DNA of 63,677 nt, the filler included, from Octopus bimaculoides (lineage: Eukaryota), in NCBI RefSeq assembly GCF_001194135.2. It is 8 parts of 8 records of this genome, joined end to end, with 100 filler letters (N's around TTAATTAATTAA, not from the genome) between each part and the next. Parts side by side here need not be neighbours in the genome. Positions count along the whole stretch, not along the records: positions 32,236 to 42,119 come from NC_068987.1; positions 42,220 to 45,313 come from NC_069002.1; positions 45,414 to 56,814 come from NC_068993.1; 5 more parts are not named here. The stretch is one strand, 5' to 3'. The notes under the pieces were generated by a model. The model was not told the origin of the DNA. It saw only the letters and a program-made list of their open reading frames with translations, and ran no database searches. Positions 39,505-51,960 of this stretch are shown here, piece after piece. Within the stretch, counting starts at the first letter, position 1. Each line of letters starts with the position of its first letter. A program made the position numbers and the translations under genes.

Positions 39505-40115
39505 TGAGAATCAGAAGGTACTTCAACCTTAATCTGCTGGTGATTCTACATTGGAGCATTAATTCATATTGGAAAGCCTCCAGACCCAAACATGTCCATT
39601 GTCTGAAAATAATACAAATCTAGATTCATCTGAGAAAATCACTCTATCCCAAAATAAACTGGATTTTTCTGACATCTCCTTAGCCTATTTCTTTCTTTTC
39701 ATGATATTAATTGGTTGAAGGAGAGGTTTCCTTCTAGCTGCTCTCGTCCATAATACCCCAGCTTATGCAGATATGTAACACATGTTCTTGGACTAACTTC
39801 TAACTGTTCTGCTATGTCAGAAGCCTTCAAACAGGGTTCGTTTTCCACAATTCTCTTCAAACAGTGGAGCTTCCTTTCCGAGGGCCCAGGTCAGCTGGGA
39901 CAAGAATCTGTTGATTCTTTTCTTTGGCTTTTGAATTGCACTATAATTCTATTAACAGTAGCAAGAGGAATTTGAAGATTTTCGGCAATTTTCCACTGGC
40001 TAAGACCAGCCTCAGATTGCCCAACAATATGACCTCTTTGAAAATCTGATAGTTCTGCTGAATTTTTTGTGTGTGGTATGGTTACAATTTGCAAATGTTT
40101 AATATAATGGCACAT
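39505..40115 (-). mobile_element. Tc1-like transposase relic
   Basis: [38 protein letters not shown] (paired-like HTH). Downstream minus-strand frames give RRKPLL and WDRVIFSDESRF, containing the first D of the DDE triad. Confidence 0.85.
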
Positions 40116-40246
40116 GGAATGAAAAAGAATAATAACATTGTAAATTCTACACCGCTGGAGACATATTAAGACGCTTAGATCAGAAATTTTGAAAATTAAA
40201 GGTGTCTATTTACTTCCTGCATGTCTGTGTATATATATATATACAC

Positions 40247-40950
40247 AATGTACATGTTTTGCTTGTTCACCAGTCGTCTGTGCTTTGATGTGGTGGTGAT
40301 GACTCTCTCAAAGCACTGGGTGTTAAAACACCTGAAAGTCATAGATAGGTGAGACAACTCATCCCAAGTCCCACTCAGGAGCAATGGATATTGATGTTTT
40401 GACAGTTTTGTTCAGCTACATGTTGTTGATAAGCCACAAAAATGGTGAAACATCGATGTCCATTGCTCCTGAATGGGACTTGGAGTGAGCTGTCTCACCT
40501 GTCTATGACTATGACTTTCAGGTGTCTTAACATCCAGTGCTTTGAGAGAGTCATCTCCATGTCAAATCACAGCTGACTGATGAACAAGCAAAGCTCATAC
40601 ATTGGATATGTGTGTTCGATAACAACACTGGCACTGCTTTTAATTCATATTTGAATTTATTCCTATGTATGCATCATTTGGGCATACCAGCATATAGTCA
40701 TGGACAGGCTATTCAATTTGCCTCCTGTTCAGTTTAAGCATGTAATGTTGATAAGCCAAAAAATAGTGAAACAATGATGTCCATCGCTCCTGAATGGAAC
40801 TTGGGGTGAGTTGTCTCGCCTGTCTATGACTATGACTTTCAGGTGTTTTAACACCTGGTGCTTTGAAAGAGTCATCTCCACCATATCAAGTTGCAGCCAA
40901 CCAGTGAACAAGCAAAGCAGCTACATTGTGTACGAGTATGTGTGTTCGAT
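40247..40950. repeat. Fold-back element (arms about 150 bp, 40247-40603) plus a second copy of its right arm (about 40745-40950)
   Basis: Left GATGACTCTCTCAAAGCACTGG...CACCTGAAAGTCATAG pairs with right CTATGACTTTCAGGTG...CCAGTGCTTTGAGAGAGTCATC. The right arm recurs about 320 bp downstream. Confidence 0.85.
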
Positions 40951-41049
40951 GAATATATGTGTCATTTAAAAAAGTGGGAAAATTCCACAGTTGACACTAT
41001 TCACTGTGATTGACTGTCTTTTGAAACATTGGTAATTTTCTCATTTTAG

Positions 41050-41116
41050 CCTGTTGATGCCAAAGGCCAGTTGGATTATCGTTATGATGAATTTGGTTTC
41101 AAAGTTGAAGAAGAAG
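41050..41116 (+). CDS. SGSM3: SGSM3 next coding exon (PVDAKGQLDYRYDEFGFKVEEE), GC donor
   Basis: Acceptor TTTTCTCATTTTAG|CCT, in phase 0 with 35092. YRYDEFGFKVEEE matches the conserved YDEFGFRV motif of SGSM3. It ends GAAG|GCAAGT. Confidence 0.9.
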
Positions 41117-41794
41117 GCAAGTATAGTTTTCAAATTCCTAACTTTACCTTGTAGATTAGTGAAATCAATAATTCTAGTCTCATTAGATTTCATCTGTAAA
41201 ATGGTTTTGATTTTCTTCAGTTGAAACTGGTTTTACTCATTAACACCACTGAGATGCATGAGCATCACGGTTTTTGTTTACCCCTCTGTCTGTCTGTCTG
41301 TCTCTCTTTCCCTCCCTCCCTCCCCTCTCTCTTTCTCTCTCTCTCTCATAATTTGAGGTACTGTGCCTTGTTAACAAAAATGAAAGCATGAATGTTTGTG
41401 ATAAATTGTCACTTTTGATGAAATTGTTCTGTGTGGGTATGCTATAGGTGCAGGTGTGGCTAAATTGTTTTCTACTGCGTGGCACTATGAACAAGTGTCT
41501 GCTACAGCTCTGAGGTTGACCAAAGCTTTTGTGATTTATTGGATGAAAACTGAAAGAAGCCCTACCACATACACTTAATCGTTACTGTATTGGAACTCAG
41601 TTAAATATTCATAATCCGGAGAAGTGAAGCCAATATTTACCCATCGGATAAAACACAGTGGGATTGCTTACCTCAAGCTTTCATTAGAACTAGATGTGGT
41701 TAACCTTAACCTGGATTATCACTTGGTGATTGAATGGTACCCACCTGGATATTGTATCTCTATCCATTTACTATAATATATGTGTGTGTGTGTG

Positions 41795-42107
41795 ATTCTG
41801 TTGTGTCTGGAGAGAGTCATTTTCTTTTTGTGCCTTATAATTTAACACACTTACCGGTAAAATTTCCACTTATTCCTTATTTTTATTTTCCTAAAACTTT
41901 TGTTGCTTCTTGCAACCTTTTCAATAGTCTTAACTCTTGAAAAGGTTGAGTCAAGACTATTGAAAAGGTTGCAAGACTATTGATAAGGTTGCAAGATGCA
42001 ACGAAAATTTTAGGAAAATAAAAATAAGGAATAAGTGGAAATTTTACTGGTGAGTGTGTTAGATTATAAGGTACAAAAAGAAAATGACTCAACAGACACA
42101 ACAGAAT
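41795..42107. mobile_element. Fold-back/MITE-like element with arms of about 135 bp
   Basis: GAGTCATTTTCTTTTTGT-CCTTATAAT...TTCCACTTATTCCTTATTTTTATTTTCCTAAAA...TTGCAACCTT is mirrored on the right. The centre has a short duplication (AAGACTATTGA-AAGGTTGC twice). Confidence 0.85.
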
Positions 42108-42219
42108 ATGCTTCAACACNNNNNNNNNNNNNNNNNNNNNNNNNNNNNNNNNNNNNNNNNNNNTTAATTAATTAANNNNNNNNNNNNNNNNNNNNNNNNN
42201 NNNNNNNNNNNNNNNNNNN

Positions 42220-42260
<41 letters not shown>

Positions 42261-42854
42261 ATGTATGTATGTATGTATGTATGTATGTATTATGTCGATG
42301 GATGACGTATAAATAAAGTTTATCTATCGATATCTTCTTTAGGCTATAGATGAAATACAGCAATACAATACCCTCTGCATAGCTTATATTTCGTATGGCT
42401 GCCGACTATCGGAATGATGTAATACATGTATACATATATACATACATATATATAAGGTGTCCATACGGATGTGCACACGCACACACACACACACAGAAGC
42501 AAACATATATATATATATATATGTATTCATGCATATATATACATATAACGACCCAGCCTTATTAGATATATATGTATATATATGGGTGTGTGTGTGTGTG
42601 TTATGTGTGTGTGCGTATGTGTGTTTATGCATATATATCCATATGCATACCTACATACATACAGACATTTGCGTTTGTGTATGTATGTCTGTAGATGCGT
42701 TTATGTGCGGGAAGACATGCGCGTATAGAATATACATTCTGTAGACTTTGTTTGAAAAACGATATGAAGCAATTTGTACGTTTTGAAGTTCTAAAGGTGA
42801 GTGTGGAGTCCGTAGGAGAGACAATAATATCATATTATAATGTACGTATATATA

Positions 42855-42922
<68 letters not shown>

Positions 42923-43549
42923 NNNNNNNNNNNNNNNNNNNNNNNNNNNNNNNNNNNNNNNNNNNNNNNNNNNNNNNNNNNNNNNNNNNNNNNNNNNNNN
43001 NNNNNNNNNNNNNNNNNNNNNNNNNNNNNNNNNNNNNNNNNNNNNNNNNNNNNNNNNNNNNNNNNNNNNNNNNNNNNNNNNNNNNNNNNNNNNNNNNNNN
43101 NNNNNNNNNNNNNNNNNNNNNNNNNNNAGAGAGATGAGAGAGAGAGATAGACAGAGAGAGAGAGAGAGAGAGAGAGGGATGTGTATGTGTGTGTGTATAT
43201 GCTGACTGGCAGAAAGTCCCAGATATCTTTTGTTCACGCACTGGAGGGAATGTTTTTCATAAAATAAAAGATGAGACCGCGTAAATATGCCTGAATGTTT
43301 TTTTTTTATCACATCTGTGTATATGTGTGTATTTGTGCATTCGTGTGTGTGTGGGAGTGTGCGTGTGTGTGTCTACGGCATGAATGGCAATAAAGTCTGT
43401 GAAGCAAGCCAGTCCAGCTGTAGCTTCTCCATTGTACGTTAGACATTTGTTTCCTACCTACCTGGGGGTCACTACAAACATTAAGGCAATCACCTTTACA
43501 AACTTTTATTTTGTTCACACATTGCCTCCTTTCATTGCCAAAGAAATTA

Positions 43550-43849
43550 CCCGTTCTCCTTGCTCTCTCTCCTTCCCTTCCACTGTCCTCTTTTGTTTTC
43601 GACTTTGCTTTCTATCCGTATCACCTTCTCCTTTTACAGTCTCTCTTGCTTTCCTCTTCTGCTCCCCCCTTCTCTTTCTCTCTTACTCTCTTACTCTCTA
43701 TCTCTCTCTCTCTCTGGTTCACTCATTGTCTCTATTGTTCTCATTCTTGTTTCACTTTGCGTTTCTTCGCTGTCTTTTTAGCTTCCCTTGTTCTCAGTTT
43801 ATCTATCTATCTATCTATCTATCTATCTCTGTATATATATATATCTTTG

Positions 43850-43890
<41 letters not shown>

Positions 43891-44270
43891 TACAGTCCAT
43901 CGCTCATCCCCTCGCGTTCTCCCCCCGTCTCTCTCTCTCTCTCTTACCGTTTGTGAGAGAGTGTGTGTATGTCTATATGTACGTGTGTGTTTCCCTTTGT
44001 CACGCTCTATTTCTTGCCCTCTAGCCCTCTCTTATTCTTTTTCATTTTGCTCTCCTTTGCTCTTTGTCTTGATGTTTCGTACCTTCTCTTGCATTTTCAT
44101 TTTCTCTCACTCATTCTCACTCTTTCACACATTTTCTCTCTCTCACTCTTTTTCTCTCTTTATGTTGTCTTCTCTGTCTTGTCCTCTCGCTCTCTCTTTT
44201 TCTCGATTACCAAATCTTGTTTTATCTTGCTCTCCGTTGCTCTTTATATTCTTATCTGTTTATTTATCTG

Positions 44271-44361
<91 letters not shown>

Positions 44362-44590
44362 CTCTCACTCGCTCTTCCTTTTTTAACTTTCAATCGCTCT
44401 CCGAAACTCGTTTGTCTCCTTTTCTCCTTTTAACCATTTCTCTCCTTTTAACCATTTCTCTCCTTTTTCTCCTCTCTCTCTCACTCCCTTTCTTTGGTGC
44501 TTTCTCTAACCGTCTCTTACTCTCACTCTCTTCGCTCCCTCTTCTGCTTCTCTCTTTTACTGATTCTTACAGTCACCCCTCTCACTCTCC

Positions 44591-44629
<39 letters not shown>

Positions 44630-44800
44630 TTCTTTCTCTTAAGCTTTCCTTACTTTTTCTCCCTTTATCTTTTCTCACTTTATCTTTTGTCACTTTATCT
44701 CCATTGTTTTCTTTTGCTGTCTTTCTCTTTCTTCCTCTTTCATATTCTGTTTCTCACTCCCTACCACTCTCTCTTTCTACAGCTTTCTCCTTTCTTTTTA
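43550..44800. repeat. CT-rich low-complexity tract with a pure (CT)n run at about 44275-44353
   Basis: Read directly; it explains the Leu/Ser-rich ORFs in the track. Confidence 0.9.
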
Positions 44801-45269
44801 TCCAGGAAAAGCAAACAGAGAATACTTAAGACATTGTTACAATTCCGGGTTCAGCCCCACTGCGCAGCACCTTGAGCGGAATGTATTCTGTTATCGTATC
44901 GGGTTGACCAATGTGTTTGTAGGTGAAAGCTGTGTGGATGCCTATAATATATGTATGTATGTATGTATGAATACATACATACATACATTATAGGCTTCCA
45001 CACAGTTTTCACCTACAAGCATGAAAATTGTTCAAACTGAAGTCCTTGAGCGACACATTTTCCCATTTGAGTCAATACAGAATTACAGACAGTATTTATA
45101 GAATTTTGGTTTAATGTCGGGTGACTTTTGGCCAACTCTGTGTGTGTGTGTGTATATATATATACATAAAGATGCGTGTCACCTTAAGCAAGTGTCTTCT
45201 ACCATAGCCCCCCAGCCTACCAAAGTTTTGGGAGTGGATTTGGTAGAAGGAAACTGAAAGAAGCCCGTC

Positions 45270-45313
<44 letters not shown>

Positions 45314-45814
45314 NNNNNNNNNNNNNNNNNNNNNNNNNNNNNNNNNNNNNNNNNNNNTTAATTAATTAANNNNNNNNNNNNNNNNNNNNNNNNNNNNNNN
45401 NNNNNNNNNNNNNCTACCCCAATGCGGTAGGGGGATGCCAAAAATATTTAGCCAAGAAACTTTACAGCAGCCTCCTTAACGAACATTCAAAGGAAAAAAC
45501 AACCGAACTTTCGAACGGTAAGTAACCTTCTGTTTCTTTTTAAGCAGAACGTTACTTGCATTAATTTCGTAAATAAATTTTTTCAATTAGTGACATTAAT
45601 GCCCGAGGTTACCGTGGTCTTTTCGTAGGTTTTTCTTTCCACGGATAACCTCCCCATTTCTTAGGATTTAAAAAAAAAAAAAAAATTTTTACATACCCCA
45701 AACGTTTTCGATACCTTTTGATCGTTATCCCCATTTTTTCTCGTCCCCTCGAAAAGAAAAACTCTACATTGTAGTTGTCCCATCTATGTTGAGCCCTGTG
45801 TGGCTAATAAAGAA

Positions 45815-45884
<70 letters not shown>

Positions 45885-46737
45885 GTCTTTGTAAGTGCGC
45901 GCACATGTCTGTGCGTGCGTCTCTGTGCATCAAACTCATTTGTAAATAACAAGTACAGTTTGTGAAGTAGCCATAAATGAAGGTATGGTAACAAACTGCG
46001 AGAAATAATTTGCGTTAATTCAACTGAACAACGTAGTATGTATATGTATGCATGTATATATGTATGTATGTATGTATTTATGGATATATATAGTTGAAAT
46101 TTATAGAAAAACAGAAGACGAAGATAGATGTATGAAAAGCAAGCAATTGTATTAGTTTGACGCTCGGGCAAAATGAAAAAGTCTTTTAACGTTTCGAGCC
46201 TATGCTCTTCAACAGAAAGGAGCAAGAGAAAATAAACAGAGAGAATGAAAAGGAGTTGTAGATTTAAGCGGTCCAATTTGGTTTGATCCTGACTGAACTT
46301 CTTACCCTTTGAACTTGCATAACTGAACCACTTACCGAACATTCAACACCTCTGCTCATCCACATAGCAGCACTCCACCCGGATTATCACTGGGTCTACT
46401 GATTCTACCTTCACGGATTTCACTGGAATTTTTCGCATATGTATATATATATATATATTTGTGTGAGTGTGTGTGTGTAAATGTATAGATATGATATATA
46501 TATATGTATATGTGTGTGTGTGATGTGTGTTCATCCTTTTATTGATTTCAGAAATCGTCCAGTGCATGGTGAATGGCGAGAACCAAAACGATGACTTATA
46601 CATTCATTCTTAGTACGTTCCAGCCAGTTCGAATATATAGGTTAGATATAGTTATATTTCGTTTTGGGAGAAAGAATCCCTCCTTTCATATGAATGTGTG
46701 TTCATGAGACACTCGATTCATAACAATGATGATCCGA

Positions 46738-46799
<62 letters not shown>

Positions 46800-46912
46800 T
46801 TATATATCTATTTCTACAAACACACATACACACACACACACACACATACGCACGCACACACACAGACACAGACACACACACACACACATACGAACGCACA
46901 CACACAGACACA

Positions 46913-46947
<35 letters not shown>

Positions 46948-47244
46948 TCTTGTCTGCGAATTGTTGTAAATAGCTCACTGTATTCATTTCAAGCAGAGTG
47001 AACTGACGGAATGATCCAACGAATCCCTTATATGAAATAATCACCTGAAGATACACATCATACATCTTTGATGGACGACTGTGATTACATAATATGCTCA
47101 TTGTATCATCTCAACTATGTACTATGGGTGTAATGATGTGTGGAAACAATTGTATTGAGAGAGATGCTATTTAAAAACGTATGATAAAGATGTTTAAAAA
47201 CGTTATGCACATCTATACCAGTAACTATTTTAAACATCTGGTCG

Positions 47245-48425
47245 TATTTTTATTTTGAGCCGGTTTAACTGCAAAGTAAATACTTTCGAAATACTTGTTA
47301 GAGAATTACTTTATGCTGATGATGCTGATTTGTTGGCACACTCAGAGGGGGATACGCAGCATTTAATGGACAGATTTTCCACTGCATGTGTACATTTCGG
47401 ACTACCAATTAGTTTGGAGAAAAACGAAGTAATGTTTACTCCAGTGCGAGGACGAACATATTCTGAACCAAACATTTTTGTGAATGGAACAAGGTTTAGA
47501 AGTCGTTGAAACCTTGTTTACCTAGGAAACACACTGTCAAGAGGTGGTAGTCTTGATGCAGAGATATACTGTCGAATAGGGAAAGGAAGTGTTGCATTTG
47601 GAAAGCTCGAAAAGCGAGTATGGGCGGATAGAGGTATTTCCCTGCAGACAAAAATAAGTGTCTATAAAGCGTGTGAGACATGGACTTACAATCGTCACAT
47701 AAAAATTCTGGAGAAAAGTGCCTCAGAGTCAAGTGGGAATGTTTCATACGAGATACAGAGGTTTTGCATATGGCACGTTGCAGCTTAATTGAACATGTTA
47801 TCTTGGTTCAAATGAGATGAACTGGACATGTTATTAGAATGGAAGGCGAGCGTTTGCCAAAGCGTCTATTTTATAGTGAGCTCAACTCTGGTAAGCGGCC
47901 ACAACATAAGCCGAGGAAAAGCTATAAAGACTGTGTGAAGGAAAACCTGAAGAAACTAGATATAAACAAAAGTGATTAGGAACAATGAAGCTCTAGATCG
48001 GAACAAGTGGAGAGGTGCTGTTAGGACTGGTTGTAATGCCTGGGAGAAAAAAATGATTCAGCATTCTGAACTTCAAAAGACCTTTCGAAAAGAAACAATT
48101 AGAACTGTAATCAATAGTGAACATTGGGTATGTGTTATATGTGATCGTGTTCTGTTGTCAAAAGCAGGAAACGCATACTATATGAAGTCACATGAAAATC
48201 GTAATGCCCAGATAGGTAAACCACCTCTTACGACTTGTGTCAAAGGTAAAAAAAACTTGTAAGTCTTAAAAGACATATGCTAGTTCACAAAAAATATTCC
48301 TTCAGAATCAGATTCCAAAAGGCAAAGGTATAGAGGAAACTTAAATAATATCTGGCACTTGTGTTTTAAACCATGTCAGTCAGCAGCTGGTCTTAAAAGT
48401 CAACTAAGGGTCCATCAACGGAGTG
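47245..48425 (+). mobile_element. RTE-clade LINE ORF2 3' half with C2H2 zinc-finger remnants
   Basis: RELLYADDADLLAHSE (RT YADD). Later CVICDRVLLSKAG...MKSH and CFKPCQSAAGLKSQLRVH. Confidence 0.9.
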
Positions 48426-48559
48426 ATTGTGCTGTGTGATGGGGTGTGGGGAGTGTGTTGAGGGGACGGCTATCATCTGTCAAGATGAAGCAATCATGTA
48501 TGTGTGTATGTATATGTATAGTATATATATATGTATATATGTATATATATATACATATA

Positions 48560-48590
<31 letters not shown>

Positions 48591-49330
48591 NNNNNNNNNN
48601 NNNNNNNNNNNNNNNNNNNNNNNNNNNNNNNNNNNNNNNNNNNNNNNNNNNNNNNNNNNNNNNNNNNNNNNNNNNNNNNNNNNNNNNNNNNNNNNNNNNN
48701 NNNNNNNNNNNNNNNNNNNNNNNNNNNNNNNNNNNNNNNNNNNNNNNNNNNNNNNNNNNNNNNNNNNNNNNNNNNNNNNNNNNNNNNNNNNNNNNNNNNN
48801 NNNNNNNNNNNNNNNNNNNNNNNNNNNNNNNNNNNNNNNNNNNNNNNNNNNNNNNNNNNNNNNNNNNNNNNNNNNNNNNNNNNNNNNNNNNNNNNNNNNN
48901 NNNNNNNNNNNNNNNNNNNNNNNNNNNNNNNNNNNNNNNNNNNNNNNNNNNNNNNNNNNNNNNNNNNNNNNNNNNNNNNNNNNNNNNNGTCACTATATAT
49001 GAATTCAAGTAATCTGGTGGTACCAATAAAAAAAACTCCTTAACGTATCATTCTACAAAGAAAAAATATATAGTACGACAAAAGGGAAAATGATAAATAA
49101 ACAAAGTTTGATGAAATTTTATCTAACGGAAAAAATTCTAATATCAGGACAAATTGTTTCGTAACTTAAAAATACATAAATAATATATATTATATTCAAT
49201 AACTAATAAATTACTTACATATCCGCTTTGATGCAAAATGCAAAAAATCCTTCAAAATATTTTGCACTAATGAGACATGTAAGTAATTTATTTATACTCG
49301 GTGTTGCTCGGGACTAAAATGGCATAGTTT

Positions 49331-49517
49331 TTTATTGTCTTACTTGTTTCAGTCATGTGACTGTGGCCATGCTGGAACACCGCCTTTAGTTGAATAAATT
49401 GACCCCAGGATTTATTATTTGCAAGCCTAGTTTTTATTCTATCAGTGCCTTTTCCGAACCGCTAAGTTACGGGGACGTAAACACAGCAACATCGGTTGTC
49501 AAGCGATGGTGGGGGTA

Positions 49518-49561
<44 letters not shown>

Positions 49562-49619
49562 TATACACATATATACGACAGTCTTCTTTCAGTTTCCTTG
49601 TATGAAATCCACTCACAAT
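49331..49619 (-). mobile_element. SINE family C, 3' two-thirds
   Basis: TTACTTGTTTCAGTCA...CCGAACCGCTAAGTTACGGGGACGTAAACAC...(CA)n...TTCTTTCAGTTTCC, homologous to 6448-6841. Confidence 0.85.
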
Positions 49620-49639
49620 GTTCTATAAAGACAACCATA

Positions 49640-51960
49640 TATTATTTAAGTTTCTTCTATATCTTTGCCTTTTGGAATATGATTCGAAGGAATGTTTTTG
49701 TGAACTAGCATATGTCGTTTGAATCCAGATATTGTCTTACAAGTTTTTTTTACCTTTGACACAAGTTGTAAGAGGTGGTTGGTGTCCAAGATCATTACCT
49801 ATCTGGGCATTACCTGTACGTACACCTGATGTGGCTTTTTAAACCAGACAATGTTCCAATGTTCTCAAAAGACAACCATATAAATTGCATCTCTGATTTG
49901 GACCACCAATACCTGCAGATAAATTCTGTTCATTGTGGATCTTCACATGTGTTTTGAGGCCTCCATTGGAGTTGCAAGCCTTCTGGCATACACTGCATTC
50001 AAAGGTGTGCACAGACATACAGGCAGAATAGTTGGTGGAGGTTCGTTTTCCATGCGTTCACAAATGAGATTTGAGGCCAGCAAAAGACAGGCATGGTCTG
50101 TCACAGACTGTGCACACACAAAGGTCATTGTCATTGACCTTGTCGATCATCACATTCTTCCTTAGATTTCTTTTGAGTCTTACTTGCGTTATCCTGGCTT
50201 CTTCAAATGCTTTTACTCCACTCCACACCTTTGTTCGCCATCCAACTCGATCCGAAGGAAGGGCTTCTATATCTTCTGGAACAATTCCAAGTAGTCTTTA
50301 TGCCGTCCTTAAACATTTTGTTTAGGTTTACGACGATAGCGTTTCCCCTCGGCAAGCTCACCATGAAACGGCATGCCATTCGAATAATATGGCCACACCA
50401 TCTCAGTTGGTTCCTCAAAATCATAGCTTTAATTGATGTGATACTGCAGATGCAAGGACATCTGTTTGGAGTAAAAGAACTCAATTTAATGTTTAAAATG
50501 TGTTAAAGGCATTTTTGATGGAATTGTTCTAATAATTTAAAATGCCTTTCATAACAAGTCCAAGTTTCACAGGAATACAACAGGGATGGTAAGACAAATG
50601 ATTTGTAAAAAGCCAGCTTTGTATTGTTATTTATATGTCGCTGGCACCAAACACGTGACTCCAAACCACCAAATGTTTTTGCTGCCCATTGAATTCGCAT
50701 TTGTATTTTTCTATCAAGATTTCCATTATTTTGAACAGAGATTCAAAGGTAGACGAACGACTCGACAACCTCAAGTAACTTTCCTTTAACAAAAATTTTA
50801 ATGGGGTTACTAACAGCACCACACGCAGGTTGATGCATTACAACTGTTTTTTTTTTCAAATTTGATGGTCAAGCTAAAATCATCACAAGCTGAGTCAAAT
50901 GCAGATACAAGAGATTGCAGACCTGTTTCAGAATGACTGACAAGGTCGTAATCGTCAGCATACAAAAGTTCCCTAATGAGTGAAGTAAAATTTAAAATCT
51001 TCGTTTTGAATTTCAGTCTGGTCAGATTAAAAACATTCACTGTTGTTCGATACTTTATGTAAATACCCTCCTTAGAGTTTTGAGAAGCATGTGACAACAC
51101 AACAGCAAAGTATATTGCAAAGAGGGTGGGTGCATCAAGGTCTCCTTGCTTTACTCCAGTTTCCACAACAAAAGATTCAGCGAGCCTACCACAAAAATTA
51201 ACTCTAGCTTTCATATCTTGATGCGAAGCTCTGATCATGTTTACAAATCTTTCTGGACAACCTATTTTTCTTAGAATTAGATACAGAGCATTTCGATTAA
51301 CAGTATCGAATGCTTTGTTCAAATCAACAAAGCAATAGTATAGAGCAAGATTCTGCTCAATGCACTTTTCTTGTAATTGTCGACAGTAAAGATACAATCA
51401 GCTGTGCCCCTGGAGTAGTGAAAACCACACTGAGATTCAGACACTATATTTGGAACTATGAAGGTATTTAAACGTTCTAACAAAATGCAGTGAAGTACCT
51501 TTCCAACCACAGACAAAAGCGAAATCCCACGAAAATTACCACACAGATCCTTTGGAAACTAAAATGGCATCAATCCAGTCTTTAGGCACTTTCTCAGTTC
51601 TCCAACAGTGACAAATTAATATATTTAAGAGTTCAAACATTTTGTCACCCCATATTTAAAGACTTCTGTACAGATTCCATCAGATCCTGGAGACTCTTAT
51701 TGTCATTCAGCTTATTCACATCTAAATAAAAGTCATTTAGAGTTGATTCAAATGCCATCTCTTCTATAACTGGAAGGTTTTCAATTTTTCCTATCGTCCT
51801 CATGTCAACGGATGATGGTCTATTCAAAAGTGCAGAAAAATGTTCTACCCAACGCTTATGAATAGAAGCGGTGTCAGTTAGAAGAAAACATCCAATTGCT
51901 GTTCTCAGTGGAGCTAATGAGGAAGATTTTGGACCATATATCTCCTTAACATAAGACATT
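49640..51960 (-). mobile_element. 5'-truncated RTE-clade LINE (RT domain to a multi-C2H2 tail), frameshifted
   Basis: FVDLNKAFDTVNR, ETGVKQGD--APTLF, RELLYADD, LPSLLYSCETW, QLRWCGHIIRM. Then CTVCDRPCLSFAGLKSHL*TH and an intact CSVCQKACNSNGGLKTHVKIH. Confidence 0.93.

Noticed and set aside
43384-44875. Long Leu/Ser/Phe-rich ORFs up to 291 aa that look like membrane proteins
   Set aside because: They arise from CT-rich low-complexity sequence; no splice or homology support.
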